From NCBI GenBank assembly GCA_015063545.1, contig SVTX01000002.1, positions 3,672-67,671 of the forward strand: DNA of 64,000 nucleotides, in the 5' to 3' direction. This DNA comes from Oscillospiraceae bacterium (lineage in GTDB: Bacteria; Bacillota; Clostridia; Oscillospirales; CAG-272). Positions 25,282-35,440 of the stretch are shown here, one piece after another. The position numbers were made by a program, and so were the translations under genes. The stretch's first letter is position 1; each line of letters begins with the position of its first letter. Below the pieces are notes generated by a model that was given only the letters and a program-made list of their open reading frames with translations, did no database searches and was not told the origin of the DNA.

Positions 25282-26205
25282 TTATTTACCGCTTGTGAGC
25301 TTTTCGATTTCAGCTGCGAAGTCTTCCTGCTTCTTCTCGATACCCTCGCCCTTTTCAAAACGAACAAAGGATGCGATAGCGATCTTACCGCCCATAGCCT
25401 TAGCTGTGTTAGCAACATACTTAGCAACAGTCTCGTGATCCTCAGCCTTAACGTACTCCATGTCAACAAGACAGTTGTTCTCGTAGAACTTGCCAAGCTT
25501 ACCCATAACGATACCGTCAAGAACCTTTTCGGGCTTGCCTGCCATCTTAGGATCGTTTGCGAGCTGAGCCTTGATGATGTTCTTCTCGTTCTCAACTACT
25601 TCTGCGGGAACGGAGTTTCTGTCAAGGTAAGGAGTGGGATATGCGCCAACCTGAAGAGCTATGTTCTTTGCGAACTCTGCAAAACCGTCATTGTCTGCGC
25701 AGTCGGTGTCGAACTTAACAATAACACCGATAGAGCCCATACCGTGAATATATGTGCTTGTAACGCCCTCTACAACAGCGAAACGGCGGATAGTAATCTT
25801 CTCACCGATCTGGAAAATGAGTTCCTTAAGCTTTGCATCAACAGTTGTTCCCTCATAGTCGGAAGCAAGAAGAGCCTCAACGTCTGCAGGATTTGTGTCG
25901 ATAATGCACTTAAGAAGGTTCTTTACGAACACCTTGAATGTTTCGTTCTTTGCAACGAAGTCTGTCTCTGTGTTAACCTCAACGATAGCGGTCTTTGCGC
26001 CGTTCGTAAGAACGTCAACGATACCGTCTGCCGCGATTCTTGTAGCCATCTTGGACTCTGCCTTCAGCTCACCCTTCTCACGAAGGATCGTTATTGCCTT
26101 ATCTACGTCGCCGTCTGCCTCAACAAGTGCCTTCTTGCACTCCATCATACCGATACCGGTCTTTGCTCTGAGGGCAGCTACGTCCTTTGCTGTAATCTGT
26201 GCCAT
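25282..26205 (-). CDS. tsf: Elongation factor Ts
   Basis: LRAKTGIGMMECKKAL, EVNTETDFVAKN and RFEKGEGIEKK.EDFAAE motifs. Confidence 0.97.
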   Translation of the reverse strand: MAQITAKDVAALRAKTGIGMMECKKALVEADGDVDKAITILREKGELKAESKMATRIAADGIVDVLTNGAKTAIVEVNTETDFVAKNETFKVFVKNLLKCIIDTNPADVEALLASDYEGTTVDAKLKELIFQIGEKITIRRFAVVEGVTSTYIHGMGSIGVIVKFDTDCADNDGFAEFAKNIALQVGAYPTPYLDRNSVPAEVVENEKNIIKAQLANDPKMAGKPEKVLDGIVMGKLGKFYENNCLVDMEYVKAEDHETVAKYVANTAKAMGGKIAIASFVRFEKGEGIEKKQEDFAAEIEKLTSGK

Positions 26206-26240
26206 TTTTTTATCCTCGCTTATTCAAATATTTTTTAAAA

Positions 26241-26990
26241 TTATGCGTTTTCTGCATCCTCAGCAACCTCAGCCTCGGTCTTTTCAGCCTCAGCAACTAC
26301 TGTCTGCTCGCCCTGCTTACCTTCAATAACCGCGTCAGCGATTACAGAGGAGATGAGCTTGATTGCGCGGATAGCGTCATCGTTACCGGGAATTACGTAG
26401 TCAGCGTCATCGGGATCACAGTTTGTATCAACGATAGCGATTACGGGAATACCAAGCTTCTTTGCCTCAAGAACTGCGTTTCTTTCCTTGCGGGGGTCAA
26501 CGATGAATATAGCATCGGGAAGTCTTTCCATTGTCTTGATACCGCCAAGGTTCTTCTCAAGGTCGAAGATCTCCTTCTGGAGAGCAGCTACTTCCTTCTT
26601 GGGAAGCATGTCGAATGTGCCATCCTCAGCCATCTTGTTAAGGCTGTTGAGACGAGCGATGGATCTCTTGATGGTCTTGAAGTTTGTCATCATACCGCCG
26701 GGCCAACGAACGTTTACGTAGTACATGCCGCAACGAGTAGCTTCTTCCTTGATAGCCTCTGCAGCCTGCTTCTTTGTACCAACGAAAAGAATGTTTCCGT
26801 TCTCAGCAGCGAGTTCGCGAACGAACATGTAAGCTTCTTCAAACTTCTTTGCAGTCTTCTGAAGGTCGATGATGTAGATGCCGTTTCTCTCTGTGAAGAT
26901 GTATTCCTGCATCTTAGGATTCCATCTTCTTGTGTGATGTCCGAAATGGACGCCTGCTTCAAGCAGCTGTTTGATTGAAATAATAGACAT
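26241..26990 (-). CDS. rpsB: 30S ribosomal protein S2
   Basis: [26 protein letters not shown] and [21 protein letters not shown] motifs. Confidence 0.98.
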   Translation of the reverse strand: MSIISIKQLLEAGVHFGHHTRRWNPKMQEYIFTERNGIYIIDLQKTAKKFEEAYMFVRELAAENGNILFVGTKKQAAEAIKEEATRCGMYYVNVRWPGGMMTNFKTIKRSIARLNSLNKMAEDGTFDMLPKKEVAALQKEIFDLEKNLGGIKTMERLPDAIFIVDPRKERNAVLEAKKLGIPVIAIVDTNCDPDDADYVIPGNDDAIRAIKLISSVIADAVIEGKQGEQTVVAEAEKTEAEVAEDAENA

Positions 26991-26994
26991 TTTT

Positions 26995-27125
26995 ATGTCC
27001 TCCTTCGGTTTTTTCCACCACAGAGGCTGTGCGTCATAATCCTTATCGCCGTTGACAAGGACACCGATTCCGCTTTCTGCATCTGTGTGTGTATTGTTTT
27101 ATTAGTCTGTGCTTTGCACAGCCTT
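26995..27125 (-). promoter_or_regulatory. Probable structured rpsB leader (S2 autoregulation)
   Basis: About 130-nt leader containing ACACACAG...CUGUGGUG complementarity ahead of the GGAGGA RBS. The function is inferred from known rpsB leaders. Confidence 0.45.
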
Positions 27126-27224
27126 GTGTATTATACCATATACCCTTTTTTTATGCAATATTTTTTGTCAATGTTTACAATTTATTTACAATATTTTTGG
27201 CATTTTTTACTTAAAAAAGGCATC

Positions 27225-27509
27225 TTATCTCTTTTTTCTTGATTTTTTACTGTCACATGAGTAACATTCACTGCCTGCAAGCTTTACAAGAATAGCGTCC
27301 TCCCCTACACATTCTATCTTATCCCATTTGATAACGATATCATTACGACCTCCAAACCATGCAAATCCCTCGCATCTTGAAACCACGATAGAAAGTATCT
27401 GACCGCAATCAAGATCAATTTCGTATTCCGTAGGATAGCCTATTTTTTCACCGTTGCATATATTTACGACCTCAAGTTCACTCAAATCTCTTGTACTGAT
27501 TTTTCGCAT
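27225..27509 (-). CDS. YlmC/YmxH-family sporulation PRC-barrel protein
   Basis: EVVNICNGEKIG....EID..CGQI.SIVV and W.KIECVGEDAILV motifs. Confidence 0.85.
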   Translation of the reverse strand: MRKISTRDLSELEVVNICNGEKIGYPTEYEIDLDCGQILSIVVSRCEGFAWFGGRNDIVIKWDKIECVGEDAILVKLAGSECYSCDSKKSRKKR

Positions 27510-27512
27510 AAC

Positions 27513-27562
27513 AAAACCTCGCCTTCGCATTTTTTAGAAATTATATGCGGTGACGAGGTTTT
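27513..27562 (-). terminator. Hairpin/terminator overlapping the ylmC-like RBS
   Basis: aaaacctcg/cgaggtttt and cgcat/atgcg stems. The GAGG RBS lies in the 3' arm. Confidence 0.65.
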
Positions 27563-27565
27563 TTA

Positions 27566-30379
27566 TTATTTTTTCAAATTTACTTTTGCGCTGATCTTGT
27601 GCGAAATCTTGCTGTATATGACTTCAACCGTCAGGTTTATCAGACAGAATATCGGTACAAGTATAAGCGATATAAAATTGAACTTTCCACCGTAGAATTC
27701 GCTCAATATATTATTGGGTATCCTCAAAAGTCTGATATATTCACCCTCAAATATAATGTCTGTAAGATAAAGCAATACGCATGCCGCAAAAATCGCAAAC
27801 ACAACGGCACTGAATATGATCAACAAGAGATTGCGCGCGCGACTTTTTCGATTTTTTCGCGAGTATTCCCGGCTTACCGTAAATACTTCGAGCGCAAAAA
27901 CAATGTATGCTCCCATAAAACTCGCAAACGCGATGCCGTCTCTCTGCAATATTCCGAAAATCAAAAGCAAAACGACCGCTACGGAATATATTGCCACCGA
28001 TATAGCGCGCGCTATCATGTGCGGCAAACTTTTTGTTATAATAATGCCCGGCATGGCAACGTACGAGCGCTTGTTTTTTCTGAGCATGTCCTTGCTTGGA
28101 CAGTTATTTGAGAAAACAACTATTCCCACAACGGTTGCAAATAAATATAAGGTAAGTATCTGCGGCGAAGTGATCATAACGATTCCCGTAACCATCGAAA
28201 AAAGCACAAGAGCAAGTATTATGCTGGTTTGCATCACAAAATACTTAAGGAAATACGCGAGATTTATGTATCCTGTACACGAAGCATCAGCGGCTTCAAG
28301 CACCTGATGCAGTCCGCCGTGAACATCCTTGGTTCTGTCCACAAGAACGTCAGATGCAATCCTACCTCGCTGAGAAGCAAGGTGCGATGTATCTGTACCC
28401 TGTTCGGGAAATTTTTCATAATAAGATTCCATATACTCGCGAGATGCATAATCTATACAGTTACAAGTAACAGAGACATCTGCTTGCATCAAAATCCCAT
28501 TGAATGCATCGTCAACTCCGTATGCCAATACAGTCTTGCCGTCTTCTTTCATTTTCGTCAAAAGAGCCATGTATTGGTTATTGTCAAATCCCAGATATGC
28601 ACGGAATTTTCCGTAATTTGTCAGAATATCGGATTTGTTTTTTTCAAATTCGGAAGCAAATGCTATTTTCGGATCAGACATAGACGAGGCAAATCCCGAC
28701 TGTATAAGATATTTGACCGTTTCGGGACTTTCGTCGGTAAAAAATGCCGTAATATTTACACCTAAGCTTCGATAACTCTCAACGGTTGCATTAAGATCAT
28801 CAACTATATGCTCTTCAAAAGCTATAATGCCCTCGAGTACAGTGTTTTCTCCCCGTACCGTGCCTTTTGTTATTTCTTCCGATATAACAAATATAAGCTT
28901 GTCTCCTCTGCTCTCACGTTCGTCAACATAATCGGATATTTTTTCTTTGAGCTTTGCGTCGATGGGGCACGCAATGTCTCCGACTCTCAAAAACTCGCAA
29001 ATATCCAACGTGTGAATATCAAATACTACAGCTGTGCGGTAAAAACCGCCCTGAGCCTCGGCGCACGCAAAACCCATTTTTTCTTCTTGATTTTCCAGAT
29101 AGTAAAGCGACTTGAGCTTGAGCTCAGCTCCTGTAGTATCATATCTGGACATTTCAATAAAGGACTGTAATCCTTTGCGAAATGCGTTGAATTTGGGAAA
29201 ATCCATTCCCTGTGTAACCCTGAGATATGTATATATGTACTCGCAGATCTTAAACGTTCTGTCGGGTTTTACTTCTATTATAGATGGATCAAAACTCCTT
29301 CCCGACAAAAACATACCGGCAACATGAAGCTCTCCGTCAGTCAATCCCGCACGTCCAAGCAAAAGGACGTCCGAAAAATCTGTAAGCACATCAAAAGCTT
29401 TGTTTTTTGTAATAACCGTGCCATCGCACAAACTTTCAGTCGCAGAATACAAAATTATCCTGCTCCAAATATCTACAGCTGACGAAGACACGTATAATAC
29501 AGATGACAGCGCCATCATGAATACCGCATACATACTCATCTGACGCAGCGTAAACATTCCGATCACCGACATTGTCAGTACAGCAACCGATGTAGCTACC
29601 GATACGGTTCTTAGTTTGTGTGCCAGCCTGGAAACACCTACGGGTCTTGGCGCATCTCCTGCCATTTCACCGTTGCACAAATGCTTTGCAAGCTCAGCAT
29701 TTTGTGCTACTCCTACAGCAATAGCGGTTCCAAAGCCGCTAAGAACCACGCTTCCGGCATAGACCATGTTTTCAGCAGACGAAATGTGACACGTATTCTC
29801 AGCATACACTTTTTGTGAATTCTTTTTTACACGTCGGCGTATAAGTTTTCTGGAATTTATATCATAAACAAACTCATCAAGCAACAATTCGTTGTCCGAG
29901 AGCAATCTAGCATCACAGGTAATGACGTCACCTGCAGAAAACATAATGATATCACCCGGTACTATATTTCTGCTATCCGTGTACATCGCCGTACCGGATC
30001 TCATAACCTTAACGGTAGGATTGGAATAAAGATCTGCCTTTTCCTTGGCGCGAATCGCCCTCAGATTCATAAATCCGAGCACTGCGTCCTGCACACATAT
30101 CAGTCCTATCATCCACGCTCCGAAATATTTGTGGCCGCTGAGAAAAGCAAAAACAGCAACTGCCAAAAACAAGACATGATTTAAGGACAAAAGCATTTGT
30201 GCAACACATGCCGCCGCATTCCTTCTTTTCGGTACGTAAAGCGGTGAACGCTCCTTTATTCCGCTATCTGTAAGCTCTTCGGCTCGTTTTCTTGCCTGCT
30301 CTCGGGAAAGCCCTTCTGTAACAGACGTATTAAGTTTTTCTTCCGTATCCTTTACGGAATAGGCATACCACTTATTCAT
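27566..30379 (-). CDS. P-type (P2-like) ATPase homolog lacking catalytic motifs (pseudo-enzyme)
   Basis: The scaffold is recognisable (GLS..QA..R, IVPGDII...GD.I.CDARL, NMVYAGS.V.SG.G). DKTGT is replaced by GRAGL, TGES is absent, and GDGVND is replaced by GVDDAFN. Confidence 0.8.
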   Translation of the reverse strand: MNKWYAYSVKDTEEKLNTSVTEGLSREQARKRAEELTDSGIKERSPLYVPKRRNAAACVAQMLLSLNHVLFLAVAVFAFLSGHKYFGAWMIGLICVQDAVLGFMNLRAIRAKEKADLYSNPTVKVMRSGTAMYTDSRNIVPGDIIMFSAGDVITCDARLLSDNELLLDEFVYDINSRKLIRRRVKKNSQKVYAENTCHISSAENMVYAGSVVLSGFGTAIAVGVAQNAELAKHLCNGEMAGDAPRPVGVSRLAHKLRTVSVATSVAVLTMSVIGMFTLRQMSMYAVFMMALSSVLYVSSSAVDIWSRIILYSATESLCDGTVITKNKAFDVLTDFSDVLLLGRAGLTDGELHVAGMFLSGRSFDPSIIEVKPDRTFKICEYIYTYLRVTQGMDFPKFNAFRKGLQSFIEMSRYDTTGAELKLKSLYYLENQEEKMGFACAEAQGGFYRTAVVFDIHTLDICEFLRVGDIACPIDAKLKEKISDYVDERESRGDKLIFVISEEITKGTVRGENTVLEGIIAFEEHIVDDLNATVESYRSLGVNITAFFTDESPETVKYLIQSGFASSMSDPKIAFASEFEKNKSDILTNYGKFRAYLGFDNNQYMALLTKMKEDGKTVLAYGVDDAFNGILMQADVSVTCNCIDYASREYMESYYEKFPEQGTDTSHLASQRGRIASDVLVDRTKDVHGGLHQVLEAADASCTGYINLAYFLKYFVMQTSIILALVLFSMVTGIVMITSPQILTLYLFATVVGIVVFSNNCPSKDMLRKNKRSYVAMPGIIITKSLPHMIARAISVAIYSVAVVLLLIFGILQRDGIAFASFMGAYIVFALEVFTVSREYSRKNRKSRARNLLLIIFSAVVFAIFAACVLLYLTDIIFEGEYIRLLRIPNNILSEFYGGKFNFISLILVPIFCLINLTVEVIYSKISHKISAKVNLKK

Positions 30380-30410
30380 AGGCCTTCCCTTTCATTGTTT
30401 TTTGTTGTGC

Positions 30411-32780
30411 CTACATACACTCTATACAGAGTTCTCCATCACGCATAAATATTTTTGCGACACTTACGCTCTTTTCATAATCGGATATTATAAGCTCTGC
30501 CAATCTATCCTCTATATTCTTCTGAATATATCTGCGCATATTTCTCGCGCCGTATTTTTGAGAATAAGAATTAGCGGCCACGTATTCAAACACATCTTCC
30601 GATATATCCAGCTTTATGCCTTTATCATTCAACAGATCACGAAGCTCGCCCAACATGATCTTTGCTATCTTTATAAAATCATTCTGAGTAAGGCTGTTGA
30701 ATGTAATTATCTCGTCTACGCGATTAATAAATTCGGGACGGAGGAACGCAGACAACGCCTTTTCTGTCTTCTCGTCATTTGCCTTGCTATCGTCAGGCAA
30801 AAATCCAACTACACCCGAGCTTTTGTCTGAGCCTGCATTTGTTGTCATTACTATAACGGTGTTTTCAAAGTTGACGGTTCTTCCGTGAGCATCGGTAATC
30901 CGTCCGTCGTCGAGTATCTGCAAAAGAATATTCAAAACGTCGGGATGCGCTTTCTCTATTTCGTCAAACAAAACAACGGAATACGGCTTGCGGCGTATCT
31001 TTTCTGTAAGCTGTCCCGCATCATCATATCCAAGATATCCGGGAGGCGAGCCGATTATTCTCGATACGGCATGCTTTTCCATATACTCGGACATATCAAG
31101 TCTTATAAGATTTTCGGGAGAATCGAACAGGTCTGCAGCGAGCGTCTTCACAAGCTCTGTCTTTCCGACGCCCGTAGGTCCTGCAAAAATAAAGGAAACG
31201 GGCTTTCTCTTGTAAGAAATACCTGCTCTGTTTCTCTTAACTGCTCTTGCAACTGCTTCTACCGCATGATCCTGACCGATCACGTGTGATTTGATACGGT
31301 CTGCAAGCAGATCTATTCTCTTAAATTCATTTTCTGTAATTGAAGTTGCCGGAACCCCTGTCCAGGTCTCAACAACTCTCGCAAGGTCTTCTTCTGAGAG
31401 AGTTATCTTCTCGCACTCCGCTTCAAGCTCCTTAAGCTTATTGGAAAGCTTGATCTCCTCGGACTGAATACGGGCAATAGTTTCGTATTTTTTACGATTC
31501 TGTTCATCATCGTTTGTTATCTCGGCTTCAGCAAGCTCACGCTGCTGCTTAAGTCTGAGAAGTCGGTCATGTATATCCAAAGACTCGTTTATGGACGAGC
31601 ATGAAAGTGACAGCTGCGCCGCCGCTTCGTCAAGCAAGTCGATAGCCTTGTCGGGAAGATATCTGTCGGTTATATAACGCTCGGAGAGTATAACTGCTCT
31701 GCGCAAAATAGACTCCGGAATATGAATTCTGTGGAACTTTTCATAGTAGTGGCTGATTCCCTTGAGCATCTCTACTGCATCTGATACTGAAGGCTCGTTT
31801 ACCGTTATGGGTTGGAAACGTCTCTCAAGCGCAGAATCCTTTTCTATATACTTGCGGTATTCGTTTAGCGTAGTGGCGCCGATAACACGCACCTCTCCTC
31901 GAGAAAGCGCGGGTTTAAGTATATTAGCCGCGTTAACGCTTCCTTCTCCTCCGCCAGTACCAACAATATTGTGAAGCTCATCTATTACAAGAATAGCATT
32001 TCCGTGATCCTTCACCTCCGACAAAAGTCCGAGTATTCTTGACTCAAACTGACCTCTGAACTGAGTTCCCGCAACAAGTGCGGTAAGATCCACAAGGAAA
32101 AGCTCCTTGTTTTTGAGTATATACGGAACGTTACCCTCCGCGATCCTGATAGCAAGACCTTCCGCAATCGCCGTTTTTCCCACGCCGGGCTCACCTATGA
32201 GACACGGATTGTTCTTTTGGCGACGGCAAAGTATCTGTATAACTCTGTCTGTTTCGTTCTTTCTGCCGACTATCTTATCCAGCTTGCCCTTTTTAGCATA
32301 TTCTGTAAGATTTCGGCAATAAGATGTGAGAAATTTATACTGCTTCTTTTGAGGCGCGTTTTTGTCGCCCTTGGGATTTTTCTGCCTGTTTGGTATCTCC
32401 ACGTTGGAATGCTCCGCAGGGGTACCTTCAGGTCTTTGCGCGGGTAGGTTCCCGTTTACAAAATCTGCAAGTCCGCTTTCTTTAAAAAGCTTTTGAAAAT
32501 CTATTGCGGGCGCTACGGGATCGCTTCCATCGCCTTCTCCGTCGGTTTCATCGTCAAAATCCGCGCTCGCGAGAACTCCATCAAGCTCGTTCTCAAGACT
32601 TTCTATCTGTTCCGGGGATATTCCCATTTTTTTGTACATATCTCCCATCATATTTTCAACGGGCAAGCCAAGCTCCTTTGCGCACTGAACGCAAAGCCCC
32701 TCGGACTTCTTTTGCCCCATTTCAACCTTTGTGACAAAAATCACAGCCATTCTTTTATGGCATTTTGAACACTTAATCAT
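30411..32780 (-). CDS. Clp/Hsp100 ATP-binding subunit with N-terminal Zn finger (ClpE/ClpC-like)
   Basis: CSKC...CVQC N-terminus and two AAA modules (GEPGVGKT/IDELH and GPTGVGKT/FDEIEK). Confidence 0.92.
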   Translation of the reverse strand: MIKCSKCHKRMAVIFVTKVEMGQKKSEGLCVQCAKELGLPVENMMGDMYKKMGISPEQIESLENELDGVLASADFDDETDGEGDGSDPVAPAIDFQKLFKESGLADFVNGNLPAQRPEGTPAEHSNVEIPNRQKNPKGDKNAPQKKQYKFLTSYCRNLTEYAKKGKLDKIVGRKNETDRVIQILCRRQKNNPCLIGEPGVGKTAIAEGLAIRIAEGNVPYILKNKELFLVDLTALVAGTQFRGQFESRILGLLSEVKDHGNAILVIDELHNIVGTGGGEGSVNAANILKPALSRGEVRVIGATTLNEYRKYIEKDSALERRFQPITVNEPSVSDAVEMLKGISHYYEKFHRIHIPESILRRAVILSERYITDRYLPDKAIDLLDEAAAQLSLSCSSINESLDIHDRLLRLKQQRELAEAEITNDDEQNRKKYETIARIQSEEIKLSNKLKELEAECEKITLSEEDLARVVETWTGVPATSITENEFKRIDLLADRIKSHVIGQDHAVEAVARAVKRNRAGISYKRKPVSFIFAGPTGVGKTELVKTLAADLFDSPENLIRLDMSEYMEKHAVSRIIGSPPGYLGYDDAGQLTEKIRRKPYSVVLFDEIEKAHPDVLNILLQILDDGRITDAHGRTVNFENTVIVMTTNAGSDKSSGVVGFLPDDSKANDEKTEKALSAFLRPEFINRVDEIITFNSLTQNDFIKIAKIMLGELRDLLNDKGIKLDISEDVFEYVAANSYSQKYGARNMRRYIQKNIEDRLAELIISDYEKSVSVAKIFMRDGELCIECM

Positions 32781-32793
32781 AGCAACTTCTCTT

Positions 32794-33279
32794 TCAACTT
32801 AAAACATCTTTTATAAAGCCGAATATATTCGACCTGTTCACAAATTTAAATACGTGCGACTGCTCGTAAATCAAGATAAACCTGTTATCTTGAGATATTT
32901 GAGTTATCGCGTTCAGCAAGGAATAAAGCATGACTGATACAAGCGAGACCGTAAGCACACCCAATACGGCACCTATTAAAGTTCCCAAAAGCTTATCGAT
33001 CTTGTTTATTATCGGAATATTTATCCTTCCCACAAGGAATATAAGCACCGTCGCGCCTATATACGTTGCAACGAATACGCATATATATCCTATAACTCTC
33101 GACAGTATTGGGGTATCGCCTATCATTTCTCCAACCGTGGGACCTATAAGCCACGCAAGTAAAAATGATGCTATTATTCTCGCAACGCCAAGCAATACAC
33201 CCGAAAGTCCTTTTTTCCAACCGTAGAATATCTCAAGAGCAAAAATTGTGATCAATGAAATATCTATAACAACGCTCAT
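32794..33279 (-). CDS. CvpA (colicin V production) family membrane protein
   Basis: G.KKGL...L, and IDKLLG.LIG.V.GV; four TM segments. Confidence 0.75.
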   Translation of the reverse strand: MSVVIDISLITIFALEIFYGWKKGLSGVLLGVARIIASFLLAWLIGPTVGEMIGDTPILSRVIGYICVFVATYIGATVLIFLVGRINIPIINKIDKLLGTLIGAVLGVLTVSLVSVMLYSLLNAITQISQDNRFILIYEQSHVFKFVNRSNIFGFIKDVLS

Positions 33280-33290
33280 GCGTTTATCTC

Positions 33291-34631
33291 CTACTCAATA
33301 TCAATATATATTCCGCGGGAGTCTGTACAAAGAAGAACTCTGTTTTTATCGCATACAAGGAGCTGACCATATGAGTCCTTTATCTCCTTGAATACGGATA
33401 TTTTTGTCTTATAATTGTACTTTATTATTCCATTGTTGGTAAGTAAAAATACATTCTCTCCGTGCATCTGCATGTCGGTATATGCGCCGCTGATGCCGCC
33501 GTTATGTATCACTTTTCCCTTCTTGTTTATCACAACAAGAGTATTTTTTTCGTTTAGTAGATCGTCCTCAAACATAAGCGATACCGCGCCGTCCGTATAT
33601 GAGATATAAGAAAGCTTTGATTCGGGATACATGAACTCACTTATCATCTCACCTTTTACGCTGTATATACGCACCCTGTCAGAGCAGAAAACGGCAACTC
33701 GTCTGTCCGAGATGAACTTACACATATACGGGGTAATGCCGTTTACGGTTATCTGAGCATAGATCTCATCCTTATTTTGCTTGAGGAAGGTTATTTCGGT
33801 TATCATGCTGCCGTTATTTGCGGTCGCGGCCACAACAGCAACAAACTTTCCGTTGTCCGACATCTCCGCCGCAATAACGTATTCATTACACGAATACGTA
33901 TTTATTTCTTTGCAATCATTGTCGTAAATATGTACAACAGAATTATAATCCTGTGATTTTTCAACCACCGCAAAAGCTCCGTCATTGGACATGGAGGCAT
34001 ATGCAATACTTCCGTCGTATGTAAATGAATGAAGCTTTTTAAACGAATTATAAACAGAGAATCTGCCAGCCCCCAGATCATATACCATAACATATTTGTT
34101 TGAGGTGGCGATCACAGGAGTTGAATATATGTCTCCCGACGTCAAGGTAACTCTTCCCGTTGCATTGAAAAGCTTTATTTCACTGTTTGATGCAACCGCC
34201 AGCCCTCTTTTGTACAATGCAAAATCCGCATTGGTTTGTGTTTTGGTGTAATTAAGGGTATCGGCTCCACCTTCTGAGTAGGAATTCATATACCCTATAT
34301 CCTTTGCCATATAATATATGTCATCTACGCCAAGCCTTCCCGCGCTGAATATAAGTCCAAGAGATGCCGTTAATATCAGCATAACACATATTATGAGACA
34401 CAGCAATCTGAGCTTTATCGCATAGTTGGCATACCCCTCGTCACTTCCGCAACGCGCCTTTATGAGTGCGCGCTCTTTTGCTATTTTTGTTTTTACGGGG
34501 GATGAATTGCGTATATTTTCAGATATCCTGTCAAAAACAAATATTATGCGACCAAGAAAAGTCAACTCTTTTTTGTTGCGTTTGCGCTTTTTTGCGAGTT
34601 CCTTTGTTTCTTTTTCTCTTTTTCTTTTCAC
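33291..34631 (-). CDS. Membrane-anchored beta-propeller-like protein (DUF5711-like)
   Basis: Basic N-terminus, one TM segment, then repeating beta-strand units. The family name is from recollection and the CvpA neighbourhood. Confidence 0.6.
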   Translation of the reverse strand: MKRKREKETKELAKKRKRNKKELTFLGRIIFVFDRISENIRNSSPVKTKIAKERALIKARCGSDEGYANYAIKLRLLCLIICVMLILTASLGLIFSAGRLGVDDIYYMAKDIGYMNSYSEGGADTLNYTKTQTNADFALYKRGLAVASNSEIKLFNATGRVTLTSGDIYSTPVIATSNKYVMVYDLGAGRFSVYNSFKKLHSFTYDGSIAYASMSNDGAFAVVEKSQDYNSVVHIYDNDCKEINTYSCNEYVIAAEMSDNGKFVAVVAATANNGSMITEITFLKQNKDEIYAQITVNGITPYMCKFISDRRVAVFCSDRVRIYSVKGEMISEFMYPESKLSYISYTDGAVSLMFEDDLLNEKNTLVVINKKGKVIHNGGISGAYTDMQMHGENVFLLTNNGIIKYNYKTKISVFKEIKDSYGQLLVCDKNRVLLCTDSRGIYIDIE

Positions 34632-34669
34632 TGTCTGCCTCAGCCCCCTTTCTTATTTCAATATTTCTT

Positions 34670-35428
34670 TCAGTATTTAACTTTATTGAGGTACAATCCC
34701 CACGCAGGCGCGGTCATTCCCGCGCGGCTTCTGTCGCAGGATTCGATAATATCTTCTATTTCATTCGGTGATATCTTACCTTCGGCAACCGCTAAAAGAG
34801 TTCCTGTGAGTATTCGCACCATGTTGTATAAAAATCCGTCAGCGGCAACTCTGAATATTATCAAATCGCCCCGCCGTTCAACTTTTGCGTAGCATATATT
34901 ACGCACCGTGCTTTCAACCTTTGATCCCTGCGCCATGAACGCAGAAAAATCATGCTCTCCGACAAGCTTATCCGCCGCCTTTTGCATTAATTCCAGCGCA
35001 TCTTCGGATATTTTTTTGGGATAATGAAGGCTTCTGCCCTCCTCAAACGGATCTCTTTGCCGTCTGTTATATATCCTGTAAATATATTCCTTATACACCG
35101 CGTCATATCTCGGATGAAATTCACCGTCACACCATTCGGCATGCCAAACCGAAATGTCCTCCGGAAGGTGAGCGCACATAGCATCGGGAATCTTATTGAT
35201 TTTTATATGCGTTTGCAAGTCGTCCTCACCTTTTTTGGCAACCGTTACGCAAAACATATTGGCATGAACGCCTCTGTCAGTGCGGCTGCATCCTGTGACG
35301 TCGCATTCATATCCGAATATCTCCTGTGCGGCGCGGCAAAGCTCGCCCTGGACGGTTCTCAGTCCGACCTGCACCTGATATCCGGAAAAGTCCTTTCCTA
35401 TATAGGACAAATACAGCAGTAATTTCAT
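34670..35428 (-). CDS. truA: tRNA pseudouridine(38-40) synthase
   Basis: Y.G..FSGYQ.Q, GCSRTD.GVHA, FLYNMVRI..G and TAPA.GLYL motifs. Confidence 0.95.
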   Translation of the reverse strand: MKLLLYLSYIGKDFSGYQVQVGLRTVQGELCRAAQEIFGYECDVTGCSRTDRGVHANMFCVTVAKKGEDDLQTHIKINKIPDAMCAHLPEDISVWHAEWCDGEFHPRYDAVYKEYIYRIYNRRQRDPFEEGRSLHYPKKISEDALELMQKAADKLVGEHDFSAFMAQGSKVESTVRNICYAKVERRGDLIIFRVAADGFLYNMVRILTGTLLAVAEGKISPNEIEDIIESCDRSRAGMTAPAWGLYLNKVKY

Positions 35429-35440
35429 AAATATTCCTTA

